Origin: Camelus dromedarius
Lineage: Eukaryota
DNA length: 64,000 nt
Direction of reading: 5' to 3'
Assembly: GCF_036321535.1 (NCBI RefSeq)
Contig: NC_087437.1
Location: 30,630,001-30,694,000 of the forward strand
Positions 12,880 to 25,921 of the stretch are shown here, piece after piece. The position numbers and the translations under genes were made by a program. The notes under the pieces were generated by a model, which ran no database searches, was not told where the DNA came from, and worked only from the letters and a program-made list of their open reading frames with translations. The first letter of the stretch is position 1; each line of letters starts with the position of its first letter.

Positions 12880-13780
12880 CAAGAATCATTTCTTGAATGT
12901 CTAGTATATTGCAGGCACTGGCTGGGCAGTAAAGAATGAATAAGACACAGCTCCATATCAATGAGTTCATGGTCCTCAAGATGTAAAAGAAGGCAAGTAA
13001 CCAACGATGGTTAGAGGCTGCTGTATGATATGATAGAACTATGCTGTAGAACTATGCTCAGGGTGCTAAGGACAGAGAAAGGGAGCTTCAAATCAGTGGT
13101 GATATCACTGAGTTTGCCAGAGGGACACCTATGCAGTCCCAGGATGAGCAAGAATTTGGCAGGTGGAATGATGGGGACGAGTGTTCAGCCGGAGAGAACA
13201 GCACAGGTAAGGGCGGGGAGTTGTGAAAGCACTGTGAGCCCCAGAGACTCCAAAATAGTCAACGAAGGCAGATGCCGAAATCTCTGCGGACTGATGGTAG
13301 CAGAAAATCCTGGAAGAGCAAGAGCAGGAAGAGGTGAGGGGGCATGGATGGGAGGCATGACTGTGTAAACAAGGAGCTTTTGAAGGACTTTAAGAATTAA
13401 AACATCTGCTTATATTTTCAGAAAGGAAACTACTGCACCAGTGTGGAGGATGAGCCAAAGGCAATGAAAATGAAGAGAAGGCAATGGAGTCAAAAGATAA
13501 TTTAGGAAGTAGAATGGACAAGATTAGACTGGCTCAATCTGGAATGACTCCCAGTTTCTGGCTAAAGCCACTGGTAAACACTACCACCCACCTACCTAGG
13601 AGGAAATGGCACAAGAGGAAGTTTGGCAGAATGAGATGCTGAGTTCAATTTGGGATGGACGCCCCATGACGGTAGGAGTCTTATCCTTGTTCAGTGTCAC
13701 GGCTCCCTGCACCTATCATAGCATGCCCGGCCTAGAGTGGGCACCATTCAATATTGGAATAAATGTCTGAATAAATAATG
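12880..13780. mobile_element. Degenerate L2 fragments
   Basis: GAATGACTCCCAGTTTCTGGC and TGAGTTCAATTTGG purine-rich L2 motifs; an L2 3' end near 13680-13775. Confidence 0.55.
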
Positions 13781-14509
13781 AAATTTGTGGATTTTGAGGT
13801 ACCTACGGGATACTCATAAATTTTTACTAAGAATTTTTCTATGTATCTCTGAAACTTAGAGAAAACATTCTGGATACATAATTGACAAATAACCAAAAAG
13901 TAAACCAAGGGCAACTTACGAAATAGTGACTATTAAAGGAATGAGGAAATGGAATAAAAGACCATAAACCAAAGAAAATGAGTGAGAAGCCATGGCAGCA
14001 GCAGAGGAGAGAATGTTATAATAGAAGCCAAAAAAAAAAGCAAGTATATAGGAGAAAATAATCACCATTATCCAATGCCAAGGAGGGGTCAAGTAACTGG
14101 GATCAAATAAGAACTCCAGATCCTTAATATACATAGAACATCCAGCACGTCAGGAAACCAAGATATTTCTATTTTATTGTATTGTAATATGAAACCAATA
14201 AGCTATTTAGTAACCTGTGTTTCTAAACTTTATAGATGCTCTGTATGTCCTGGGTTTAGAAATTTTGAGGCCACTTGTCATAAGAACGTGCTTCGAGGAG
14301 GCAACATTTTGAGTGAGAATGGGGTCAGGAAAAGAGGGAGCACAAGAAAGTGTACACATGGGGCCCATACTCTTTGTTCACAGTGTTTGTTCGGAAGGAA
14401 GGAGAGAACGGGGGATAGGAGAAAGGCAGATGAAGACTCCGAGGAGGTGTGTGGTTTGGTAGCCGGGCACGCCAGGCAGGGCTCGGCTCCCCCATGGTGC
14501 TCCACTTAC

Positions 14510-14630
14510 TCGTTCTTCACAAAGGCATGCTTGTTGATGGTCTCCACCACGTCCCTGAAGAGGATTTTTGAAGTCAGAGTATAACCATGGTGCACTACGG
14601 GCTCCCCGTCGGGGCCATCCCAACAGTCAA
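14510..14630 (-). CDS. PLCH1: PLCH1 exon G: X-box, (V)[39 protein letters not shown](E)
   Basis: DCWDG and HGYTLTSKI motifs (second catalytic His). Acceptor TTTTGGCAG|TTGAC, donor CGA|GTAAGT. 121 nt, phase 1 to 2. Confidence 0.97.
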
Positions 14631-14809
14631 CTGCCAAAACAGAACATCACATCAACAACCCAAAGTTTCTGGTGTTTCCTGATATTTCTGGAAATATCAG
14701 ACAAGCATTATTTTAAGTTTATTATTTGAGATTATAGGTATTCTGATCATGACAAAGATTGTCAGACAGAAATGAGTGTGTCGGCATATTTATCAGAATA
14801 AGGAATTAA

Positions 14810-15350
14810 TGGACCCAGAGGCTATCATACTAAGTCAGTCAGACAGACAAAGACAAATACCATATGACATCACTTATATGTGGAATCTTAAAAAATGACA
14901 CAAACGAACTTACTTATAAAACAGAAAGAGACTTGCAGACACAGAAAACGAACTTACGGTTACCAAAGGGGAAGAGGGGGCAGGAATAAATTCAGAGTAT
15001 AAGATTAGCAGATACAAACTACTATGTACAGAATAAACAACAAGGTCCTACTGTATAGTACAGGGAACTATATTCAACAGCTTGTAATAACCTATAATGA
15101 AAAAGAACATATATATGTGTGTATAGCTGGATCACTATGCTGTGCACCAGAAACTAACACAACATTTTTAGTTGACTACGTCTCAACTTAAAAAAGAATA
15201 AGAATAACTGTCGCAGCCAAGAGGAGCCTAAGAAGTGATGATTAAGCAGAATGTGGCCTCCTGGGTGGGATCCTGGATCCTAGAAAGAGGACATTAGGGG
15301 AAAAAAAACAAAAGAAACCTGAATGAAAAATAGACTTTGGTCAATAATAC
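14810..15350 (+). mobile_element. Young L1 3' end followed by an older L1MC-like fragment
   Basis: CACTTATATGTGGAATCT and CAGGGAACTATATTCA, A-tail at ~15190; then GCAGCCAAGAGGAGCCTAAG...GACATTAG. Confidence 0.8.
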
Positions 15351-16164
15351 TGAAAAAGTAAGAATTAAAGATTATAAACGATTTATTGTGAGTGCTTATA
15401 GTTAACAAAGATGTCATATTCACAAGCAGTTTAGCATTTACCAAGAACTCTCATTAGAAATTCAGCTAAATCCAGCCAAGTGTGACCAAGGACAGTGATA
15501 TTGCTCAACAGTTTGTTTCTCTAATTTTACTTCTTCAGTTTATTATAAAGTCTTTTAAAAAGTCACAATCACCCTCTCAAATCAGTAACAAGGTTTTTCA
15601 TCATTGTTCACTTAAACTCAGTGTGCTTCCATTAGGTTTATTTCCATTTTATTAATTCTACAGTACTTTTAAAATAGCACTGACTTCCTAAGTTCAAATT
15701 CTCAGGCCCTGCTAAGATTTATGTGAATATGGGCAAATGATTTAATAATTTAAGGTACTGCTTCCCCATCCATAAAAGAAGACTCATAACAAGACTTGAA
15801 TCATAAACTTGAGTGATGTATAAGTACATGTGAAGTTGATTATAGTCCTGCGTGGCACATAGTAACGATTACTGTTACTGATAATATTGACATTGTTGCA
15901 TGTATGGACACCCCCACTGGCCCAACAGCCTCCCCAGCATCCTCCCTGACTTTGAGTTTGCCTTCTCCTGTTTTAAAGTCTGCCACCAGACTAATTTCTC
16001 AAAACACTGCTTTCTCCACGTGACGACTTTGCTCAAAATCCTACTCCGTGCATTACATAGCATCCAACACATAGCATGTACTCAGCAGACTATTAATAAA
16101 CATCCTATAGCAGCTCCTGCCTGCTTAACCCCAAGGTCCCTATCTCCGGTGCTAGAGACTGGCT

Positions 16165-16525
16165 AGCCATTCAGCTAAGCCTGTTTTCTGCTTTGCCCTG
16201 GCTCACAGCTGGACTATATTTCCCAGCCTTCGCTTATAGCAGGACATGACCCTGAAATATGAGCAGAAATGATGTGCACCACTTCCAGGTCCGGTCTAGG
16301 AAAGCCTGCCCTACACAGTCATCCGTGCCCTCTCCTCTTCTGCCGTGACTCCAGAAGTCAGGTGCCGAAGACGGCACAGATACAGAGGGGAAGAGACTGC
16401 ACCCCGAAATCACTACTGGAAAGATTCGCCCATTAGGAACAGCTATTTTGGGTTTCACATAAGAAATCAACTTCAGTTGTTTTAAGGCACAGAGATTTTA
16501 GGGTTAACTGTTAAAGAAACCAGAT
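16165..16525. mobile_element. MLT1-type MaLR LTR
   Basis: ACTATATTTCCCAGCCT and AGAAATCAACTTCAGTTGTTTTAAGGCACAGAGATTT motifs. Confidence 0.6.
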
Positions 16526-17006
16526 AATTAATATCCTAGCTCCTGTTTGACACGTCCAACTTACTTTCTCCTACACCCGAACTCAGACTTGCTCTTCCAG
16601 TTAGTCCCACTTTCTCACCTACAATCCTACTCCTGTGCCTTTGCTTCTTTCATTTAAGGTCAACTGAGATGCCCTCTTTCACTTTGCTCATCTATATCCC
16701 AATCAGGAATCAAATCCTTGCTCAAGGATTTAGATCCTAAACGAGGATCCCCCATAGAACCTTGCCAGTTCCCATGACTCTGCCCTTCCTTATGAGAGGG
16801 GGTCACAAATTCAAATACCAACAAGAACCTAGCCGGTTACAACAATAAGCACAGCAGTCCAACAGGAAATGTGTGTCCAAGTGAGGTAACTACTTCCCAC
16901 TGCCAATCAACCATTGCAAAGTAGGAATAAGGACACGGGTTGTCAGACCCGAGAAAAGTCAAAAGTCTCTTTCCTTTCTTCTTTCTTCCCTGTCTCTGTC
17001 TGTCTT

Positions 17007-17266
17007 AGAGAGAGAGAGAGAGAGAGAGAAAGGAAGGAAGGAAGGAAGGAAGGAAGGAAGGAAGGAAGGAAGGAAGGAAGGAAGGAAGGAAGGAAGAAAG
17101 GAAAGGAAAGGAAAGGAAAGGAAAGGAAAGGAAAGGAAAGGAAAGGAAAGGAAAGGAAAGGAAAGGAAAGGAAGGACAGAAAGAAAGAAAGGAAGAAAGG
17201 AAAGAAGGAAAGAAATAAAGAGAAGGGAAGGGAAGGGAAGGGAAGGAAAAGAAAAAAGAAAAGAGA
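17007..17266 (+). repeat. Compound polypurine microsatellite (GA)n-(GGAA)n-(GGAAA)n
   Basis: Directly visible; uninterrupted purines from 17007 to 17176. Confidence 0.97.
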
Positions 17267-17756
17267 TGAGTTAGTTCTGTTCCCTTACTAATACAGTTAC
17301 ATATTTCAATTAAACATGGCCTATTAAAACATTCTTAAGGGGGAAAATGGAAAATGTAAAAGGAGAAAGAACTTTCAAGGTTAATACTATAGAAATACTG
17401 GAAACAAAGTTTAAGAACAAGTATTTTGGAGTGCTATCATATGGTGTTACACTGTTCCTTTGGGCCTATAAATGAGGTCAAATATATAAAGGTATCTTCT
17501 CAGAAGAGAAACTCCATCTGTCTCTATCTGTACTTGACATTCTTTAATTTGTCTTTAGATACAGGCGTGGAAAGAACAAACAGATGTTTCAAAAGTATAT
17601 AACTTAAACAATATGCTCCAATTTATACCCTTGGGAGAAAAAGAGCATAACGTGTTCCTTATAAATGAGCTAATTTCTTTTCAAAAAGAAGGCAAAGTAG
17701 AAAGGGCAATGCCACACTGACTTGATTATCATACACACATAAAAATATCTCTTAAT

Positions 17757-17908
17757 AAGAAATAATGCTATTTGCAGCAACATGGTTGGACCTGGAGGTC
17801 ATCATTCTAAGTGAAGTAAGTGAGAAAGAGAAAGAAAAATGCCATACAATATCACTTATATGTGGAATCTAAAAAAAAAAAAAAGGACACAAATGAACTA
17901 CTTATTAT
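17757..17908 (+). mobile_element. Internal fragment of a young L1 (ORF2 end/3'UTR start)
   Basis: ATTTGCAGCAACATGGTTGGACCTGGAG...CACTTATATGTGGAATCT(A)n, similar to ~6060-6200. Confidence 0.85.
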
Positions 17909-20900
17909 TTATAACTTAGATGATTGACTTCTTGAATATGTGTAAGTACATTTGACTGTTCTTTATGATTGGATTACTGCATTCTGCTGAATCTTATTTT
18001 GTGGTTGGCTTTATTCCTTTGACAACTATGTAACTTTAAAAAGCTAAAGCTTTAAACTGTTCTTAGAAGCAATCCAGTATATTGTACATATGTATTTACA
18101 TGCAATATATTATATCTGTGCAGTCAAATTGTACCTAATAAAACTGAAAAATGATAAAAAAAATAAAAATAAATGTGTTAGTCTCTTAAATCATATAGAG
18201 AACAAAAAGTGGAGTTACAAATTATTGTCACATTAATACTAACTTTTATAATTGACCATGTTTTAAAAAAAAAGACACTGCATTGGTCATGAAAGAAGGT
18301 GCTCTCTTATACTTACAACACAGGCAGAATATCCACAGTTGAGGATGCTTCTCCCAAAGTTCACTTTTTAGGTCTATTTTATCACTTGTCTGTTAAATGA
18401 GGATAACAACACTCTCAAATGGTCTGAACGCGTGGCATCCATAGCCAAGTCCAAACGGCCATGAAGAGCTCCTGAGAGACCTAGTGCTATAACGGGAATG
18501 TTGGCAAAGCAGAAATCCTCTAACCAATTTCCTAGCCACAAAATAGTCAGGGCTATTTTTCAATCAGACCACACATTCGAGGCCCCTGGAAGCACCCTCA
18601 CAAACAGGTGGTCAGTTCTGAAGGCCAGCTGCACCGCCACCATGACAGCTTTTCATAATGGAACTTAAAAATGTTCCACCCTGATGGCGCTCCCAGAGCT
18701 CACAGGAAAAGTTGTACACCGATTACACCAGCAATGCAACATCAGTTCCATAATGAGAGTGAAAATCCCCTGGACAGAACGTTCATATTTATTAAGCAAC
18801 CAGGGCTGAAAATCAGGGGAATGGAAGGCCACGTAAAAAAAAAAAAAGTCAATTTGATTTGCTGACAAACTCACTTCGCCAAAAAAAGACTTCTTAGTCT
18901 TCCCTAAGACGTCGTGTATATCCTGACCGGGGACGTTGCTGCAGCTGAACTAATGGAGGTGGAAAACATAATATTATTAAAACAGAAGCTTGAAAGTAAA
19001 GAGATTCTTCAGGTCACAATACCATAAAGAACCTGTCCAGAATCATTACTCTCCATTGCTAAGCGCGATACTTGGCAAAAGCTACTTCAGAAGATTATTT
19101 GTGGGACCTGAAATTTTCAATCCATGACCTGCTACGTTCTATAAATCAAGCTCCTTAAATCCTAGCTGCAGCTGTGTAAGAATAAAAACAACTTCATCCA
19201 GACGCAAGGTAGATAAAGTATCACTGGGTGTACACACATCGGCCCCTCCAGGCTCAAGCTTGAAATGAAAGCTAAGATCTTCTAATTATGGGACTGAAAG
19301 AAAGAGCATGGAAGATCGTGCCATCAGGTTCTAAAATCTTCAGGAACATCTAGATATTCAGATGCCAGGCCTAATTCTAAGCCAAGCAAATGCCTCCTTT
19401 TAAAGCCCATCTCCCTTCTGTGCTGTGTGTCGTGCTTTCTAACCTTCCTTATGTGACCTGAGGACCCCCATTTGATCTTCCCTTGGGCTGGTCATGTCAT
19501 TCAATGCTTGTTCCTCCAATAACCACATAGGCTTCCTGAATAAGTGGGGGAGTCAGACAACTTGGGTTTAAGTCCCAGCTTCCAAGCTCCCTAGTGACAG
19601 GACCTTGAGCCACCAACCCTACCCCAAGTTAGGGTGCCTTCTTCAGAAGATTGCTCTACCTTCCTTAGTGTGATAAAAATTAAATGGATGAGAATGTACA
19701 GACTTAGCCAGAATCTAGCCCACAAACGGGGATGAAATCATGTGGTTTCCTTGTTCCTTCCTACAGTACATTCAAAGCCAAGCTGACAACCATGGTTCCA
19801 AACAGAAATGGAGCTAGCACAAAGCTGACCAAGTCTCCCGGAGAAATATAATTCTTCTCAACAAAACCTTCCAGAAACAGCAGCTTGACTTTCACTGTCC
19901 AGTCAGAGATTATTCCAATAGTAAGAATTTCAAGCCAAATAACAGAGGAGGCATTTGCTGATGCAAGCTTGGCGAGGGAGATATTTGAGAGATTGCACAA
20001 TTTTTAAAATTATACCGTAGCTGTGCATATTCTGAGTTTGTGGGAATGTCTGGAGCAACCAACGCCTTTTAGACAAGGAGGTTCTAGTAAGAAGGTACAA
20101 GAGAAGGTCCATATTCAATATCACCTACTGCACACAATTTCTAAAAGTGGAATTTAAAATTAAAAGATCCCTCAAAAAGCTGAAACTAAAAATTATTTGT
20201 GCCTTACAATCAATTGTCTTAATCAGGTAACTTCCCTGCTAAATATTCCAGACAAAGCTGGAGAACTAGAAGATCTGATTCAGTAAGGAGCTCATCACAG
20301 GAACATGGTTAAGCTTGGGTAGACACTGATTTTGGACAGTGAGATCAAAAAAGAGAAGACTGAGTACCTGAAAGACCTAAAAAGCAAAAGAAATAGAATA
20401 TTGGACACAAATAACAAAACTGCAAAGCTGTCGGAGTTGACTATCACTTCATGGCGTCACTAGAAGCCATTTTCCATACTTGGCCTCCAAGAAAATGTCA
20501 CCATTTAAAGTGACAGACAACCACCACTCCGAATCCAGGGCGGGTGTGTGCCCCAGGCATCTCTCTGCATGTCAGACTTATAAAACTTGTTGAGTGCTGC
20601 GTGAACAAAGGGTTGAATAATGGCTGAGAACAGAATGTCACCTCAAGACCTTTTGTTGCTTGAAAGGTTTTTCTCTATGTGAATATTTTATAAGCATCTT
20701 CATTATTCAGTTGCTTAAGCTACTCAATTATCAGTCACTATTGTCAGTAGGTGTTCTTTGCACCTACTGCAAAAATGCCATGTCTTAAACCAGACATACC
20801 CAGAGTGCTAAACATGTAGTAGTCCTAATGACTCTGCAATGTAGATAGTTTTCAATACCTGTCCATTTTTAAAAGTGCTAATTTACCTTAATAACATTAT

Positions 20901-22349
20901 TGCTACTATTGCTATAACATTACATCTTTTACTTTTGTAGCAGAAAATTCTTCATGTCAGAAATTATTTGACAAAGAAAGGCTCCTCCACTTACCAGTAT
21001 TATTATTCCACTTACCACTGCCCTCCTGCTTTATTTGAATAATTTCCCAAGAACAACGTGTTACCTAGTGCCGACTCCTAGTATGCTCCCACCAAAAAGC
21101 AATTCCCCTTTGCTCCATGGAATCTCCATTCCATCATAAACAAATTCCCCTTCATCATCAGACTCTTTGGAATTCCTCCTCATCCTCCTTATTGTGGTTC
21201 AAAACCAGTTTACATGGAGGACACTGCTTCCTGTCTCCACAGACGCTTTTTTGTAGACATCACAGAATGAGGTGGTCTTTACTGCTACTTTCAAACAATG
21301 GTTCTACATTCATAAACAAAGCCCCCCACTTTTAAACCTCCCTTTATCCATCTCTACCTTTCTGGCATCTTCCAAGTGCCTTTTCTATAGCATTCTTTTT
21401 GAACTTAAATATCTGGTTTACAGTTTTTAATAGCCTAGTTTTAATCTTTTAATTTTTTAACTTCTACCCCCACATCAGCATCCTTTGAGTTAAAAGTCCA
21501 TGTGGCCAATCCACCCAATCTCTTAGCTTCCAGTCCTCAAAGCCAACAACTCCTTGCTTCACTCTAACCACACTCACCTATGACGCACTCTGGATATAGT
21601 CATCATCTGCTACTACATCCAGAATCCCACCTTGTGTTAATAGTTCTCTGTTCTTGTGTTTTGTATATGTGTTGACAACATTCTCCATAGTTCTGGGGGG
21701 TGTTTTGTTTTGTTTTGTTTTGTCTTCTAGTCTCTTAACCTCATTCTGTGGCTCCTTCATTTCCTTTCCTAGTTCATACACCTACTGTCAATTACTTAAA
21801 AGAGCTCTCACAAGCATTTTGAAAATATTTCACATGACCTAGAAATCCAAAGGTTTGGATCAATCCTATCATCTGTCTTCATTGCCCTTATACCTAATCT
21901 ATTGAGAATGGGGTGGGAGAAGTCTAAACATGCCAATTTTGGATAATGAACAGACTGTTTTGTTAAAGGCTGCTTTTGAAATTAGCGAGGACTTCCCCAA
22001 TTTATCTTGTCAACTCCTTTCCTACTGTTTGCTGATCTTAAGCCCCAGCCAGCCTCCGCCCACTCTACACTTAGTGGACAGTGCTCTCTTCTACCATCCT
22101 GAGGAAGGAGATGCTTTCAGGCAAGAACACTTCCAAAATCTCCTGTCCTCTATCCCATCTAAAAACAAACCTGTATCTTCATTTCCTCCTCTTCCAAGTC
22201 TCAAAACTTTCCCAACCCTGTATCCTCAAGTCTTCTTCTCATGCAGAAGAATGCTAAGTGACTAATCTAGAGCAGATCAGCTACCCGACCATCACCCACT
22301 AAAACCATAGAGCAAAGGACACTTGGAACCCTCCAGCTGTCAAATGCAA

Positions 22350-23400
22350 CCAGACTGGATACTTAATCTTTATTTTTCTGTTGCATGGGACATTCTTTGA
22401 CCATTTCATCCCTTAAGTCCAAGTGCCTGCTGTGTGTTAGTTGTCTTCATCAGTCCCCTTGTTCTTTCTACTTCTAAATATTGGATGGCTTAAGTCCTCA
22501 GGCCTTGTTCCCTTTTCCAGTCCCCTAAGTGACTCTGCACACTTTCGTGTACGCTTATACACGAAGATCTCTCTAAGTGATCTTGTACACTACTACCTAC
22601 GAAACTCAGAACTGTGAAAGCTTTATCCTGCCTGGCTCCTTCTGTTGAGTTCAGACATTGTTATACCACTGACTGATACAAATCTCCACGTACATGTTAC
22701 AAAGTCACTATGTAAACTCAGCTGGTGGAAAACTGAACTGGTTAATGCTCGTCCACTCAGTTCCTCATGAATGTGGGGGCACCACCATTCACTCATTTCT
22801 TCCCCTCATGCCTTACATCCTTTACTGCTCTCACCAGGTCCTGTTAAGCTCACTTCATTAGTACCCATATCATCATCTCTTTCTCACTTAGTCCAAGCTT
22901 TTATAATCCCTCCTTTGAGTCATCTCAACAGCCTTCCCAGCATGCTCCTTGCTCTAATCGGCCCCCTCCAAAACATACATACATAAATATTTTTTAAATT
23001 ACCCTCCTACACTGCTGCCCAAGCAATCTTTCTAAATTGCAAGTCTGGCCATTTCATTATAGGTATTAAAACAATTCACTAGACCCTTGCTACCAAAAGC
23101 TCAAATTGAAATTCCTCACCACAGAACTCAAAACACTTTATCACCGACCCACGTCCGCCTCCCAGCCTACCTGATTTCTCATTGCGTTTTACCTCACGTC
23201 TTACTCTCCACAGCACTTCTCTACCACAGACACCATTCACCTGGTGAGTTCTCTCACTGCACTACTGTTTCTAATGTCCACTCCTTCTATTATACCCTGA
23301 GGTCCTTGAAGACAGAAATCGTGTCTTACATCTGTGTCTTCACCCCCAGGAAGCCCCTAGAAATATGGTAAATGTTGACTGATTGACAGACCATTAATTA
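22350..23400. mobile_element. Degenerate L2
   Basis: Pyrimidine-rich; CTAGTCC/CAACAGCCT-type motifs and GGTCCTTGAAGACAGAAATCGTGTCTTAC...AAATGTTGACTGATTGA end. Confidence 0.55.
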
Positions 23401-23733
23401 TCTTGAAAACAAATAGTTACCCTGAGCTATTTTTGCCACTGTCTAATCAAAAGTTTTTAAAAAAATCTTTCTAGGAAAATCTTCATCTTCATCACAATTT
23501 TCCAGCAACTGAAAGTGTGCTTCGCAACTGCTAGCACACAAGTCTCTCCCTCATGACTATACTATAAGGAAGAGGGGGAGAGGATTATGACTTAAGAATG
23601 ACTTTACAATGAGAAAAAAAATGGCTCTGATTAGTGTGAGTGTATTTTTTAGGTCTCCTTTATTTATAAGGATATCTGACTGACTAAAGGACACGTTCAT
23701 CAACACACACTTGAGCTCAGACACAGCACGTAC

Positions 23734-23937
23734 CTTCCACGCAGCGACAGCCCTCTTGTAGCACCCGGGCGTACATGTCCACTTTGGACTGAGACAGGAG
23801 CTGGTCCCCGGTCAGGTATGTGTTGTGGGAAGAGGCAATGTAGTAGTTGCAAAGGGGCTGATCCATGTCCTGGTACACTTCATGGTGCAGTGGGTTAAAT
23901 ATGTCACAAGCAGGACTACGCATGAAGTTCGTGAAGC
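23734..23937 (-). CDS. PLCH1: PLCH1 exon F: start of the PI-PLC X-box, (G)[13 protein letters not shown]...[16 protein letters not shown]...GCRCVE
   Basis: Contains the SSHNTY catalytic His motif. Acceptor CCAAAG|GCTTC, donor AAG|GTACGT. 204 nt, phase 1 to 1. Confidence 0.97.
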
Positions 23938-25046
23938 CTTTGGAAGAGAGAGAGCGAGTGATGCTCTATAGCTTTAAAGCGTCTATACTCAGTTGACTCT
24001 AACAAGGACAAAAAAGGCCAAAGTATGCCCATAGTGATCATCTTATTTACATTCAGGATAGACTTTGCAGGGAACAGTGGGCAATGAATGAGAGATTTGC
24101 TTCAGGTCAAATAGACAGTGTCAAAAACTAAAATATGACTTTGGGGAGTAGCAGTTTAAACATAATCTACAGAAAAACAGACCCTCTAAGAATTTTGACG
24201 GGGGAGGGAGGAGACTTACTGCAAAGCTATTCAGATACTACTGAACTCAAGCTTTGATTATGCCACGTGACCTGATGGGTGACTGATGCACTGTTAAAGC
24301 CGTATTTATACTAAGTGATCACCAGCAATTTGATAGGTTATTAAGTTGATCTGAAAAACAGTATTGTCAGTGCCATGGTTGAGGTCACAGGTCAGAAGTT
24401 AGGCACAGCCTAAATTCAGGGTACAATTCCTTGACTATGAAATTGGTTTGGGAAGATGCTGCCAATTGCTAGCACATCTGATAACTGAAAAAGTGCTTAA
24501 AAACTATGTAGAAAACTCCATCAGGTTTCCTGCAGTTTTTCAAAATCATAGTGCTTGGGTAGGAGAGGCATTTATTAATATACCAATAAACACATGAATG
24601 TCCTACCAGCACCTAAGTGGAATGATTATTAGGGTAAATTATTTCAAGTCTTCAAGAATCCGGTGGTAAAACTATCTGTAAATATCCTCTGAAATGCTGG
24701 AGAATGTCTTCATGCCCATCTTTATGGCTACCACTTAGAAGTCATGTTTAATTCCATCTGTCAAGGCCCTACCAAGGAAAGGATTCATTTCTTGGTAAAG
24801 AAAGGTCCAAATTAGTTTCTCTTCTCTGGTGGTTTTTAAAATAGTTTTTAGTTATATACATTTTAAATCATCTCCCTTCAGTTTAATTAGCCTCCATCCC
24901 TGGAAGTACACATATGGTATCAAAACCCCCTTGTCCACACGAGCCTGTTTGGGGACACAAGAGGCCAACAAGGTAAGCCATGGCTTTGGATGCTCTTCAG
25001 GGCAGTGGGGTGCCCCAGGGGTCTTTCATTAAGATTATCTGTCCTG

Positions 25047-25143
25047 GCGGGGAGGGTATAGCTCAGTGGTAGAGCACATGCTTAGCATGCACAAGGTCCT
25101 GGGTTTAATCCCCATTAATTAATCTCCATTTAAAAAAAAAAAA
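25047..25143 (+). mobile_element. tRNA-derived SINE, short form, with TSD
   Basis: A-box TAGCTCAGTGG, B-box-like GGTTTAATCCC, poly(A). TSD AAGATTATC(T/A)GTCCTG at 25031-25046 and 25144-25159. Confidence 0.9.
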
Positions 25144-25827
25144 AAGATTATCAGTCCTGCCTGGGACCTGCTCTCCTCTTGGGTAGCAGCCCACAATTTA
25201 TTTCCTCACATATTTTAAACACATATAACTTATAGGTACAAGAAGCTATACTCACACTGTATCATTTATATGTAAGATCCTAGTAGGTAGATTCTGCGTG
25301 TGTAACAATGGGAAAATTAATTTCTTTAAGCCTCACTTTCCTCAACTATAAAATTAGATAGTTGTATTAATGGAATTTGTGATTCCTACAATCTTTTACC
25401 ACTACCAACTAGGTGAAACAAGTTAATTTGCTAACATTTTTAAATAAGTATGTTTACATTCAAGTCACTAGTTTCATAGAGTACTTATTTTAGGACCAAA
25501 TTTCCCTTCATGAAGTTATCAGGATGAGACAATTTCTAAAAAATTAGCCATCTGAGAAAAGTCAAGATATTTCTTGGCATCTATCACACACAGTGACATC
25601 AAGCTGACTTACCTGGAGTGGAAAATGCATACTGTCATTGCAACAGTAAGAGAAACAGCAATATCATGGCATCTGTTTTGTAGAAAAGTATGTGTGTGTT
25701 GTGGGTTTTATCTGAAGCACCTGTAATTCCAAGGATATCTCCTGATTTCCTTTCCTAAAATTTTTGCTAGAATTTAATTTAGCAAACAGATTGAGAAATG
25801 AGAGATTAAGAATACTGGTTATTTTAC

Positions 25828-25921
25828 CTTCTACGCCAAGGACATTTTTTGCCTTATTTTCTTCTGAAACTTCAAATTTCCTTATGACGTCAATACAATA
25901 GTCTGTTGTCACATTATTCAT
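25828..25921 (-). CDS. PLCH1: PLCH1 exon E: MNNVTTDYCIDVIRKFEVSEENKAKNVLGVE(G)
   Basis: Acceptor GTTTTAG|ATG, donor AAG|GTAAAA. 94 nt, phase 0 to 1. Confidence 0.95.

Noticed and set aside
16914..17291. 125-aa K/E/R/G-rich ORF
   Set aside because: It is a translation of the purine microsatellite, which lacks stop codons by composition.
25047..25125. Functional tRNA gene (A and B boxes)
   Set aside because: It has a poly(A) tail and TSD, lacks an acceptor-stem 3' half, and has four sibling copies, so it is a SINE.
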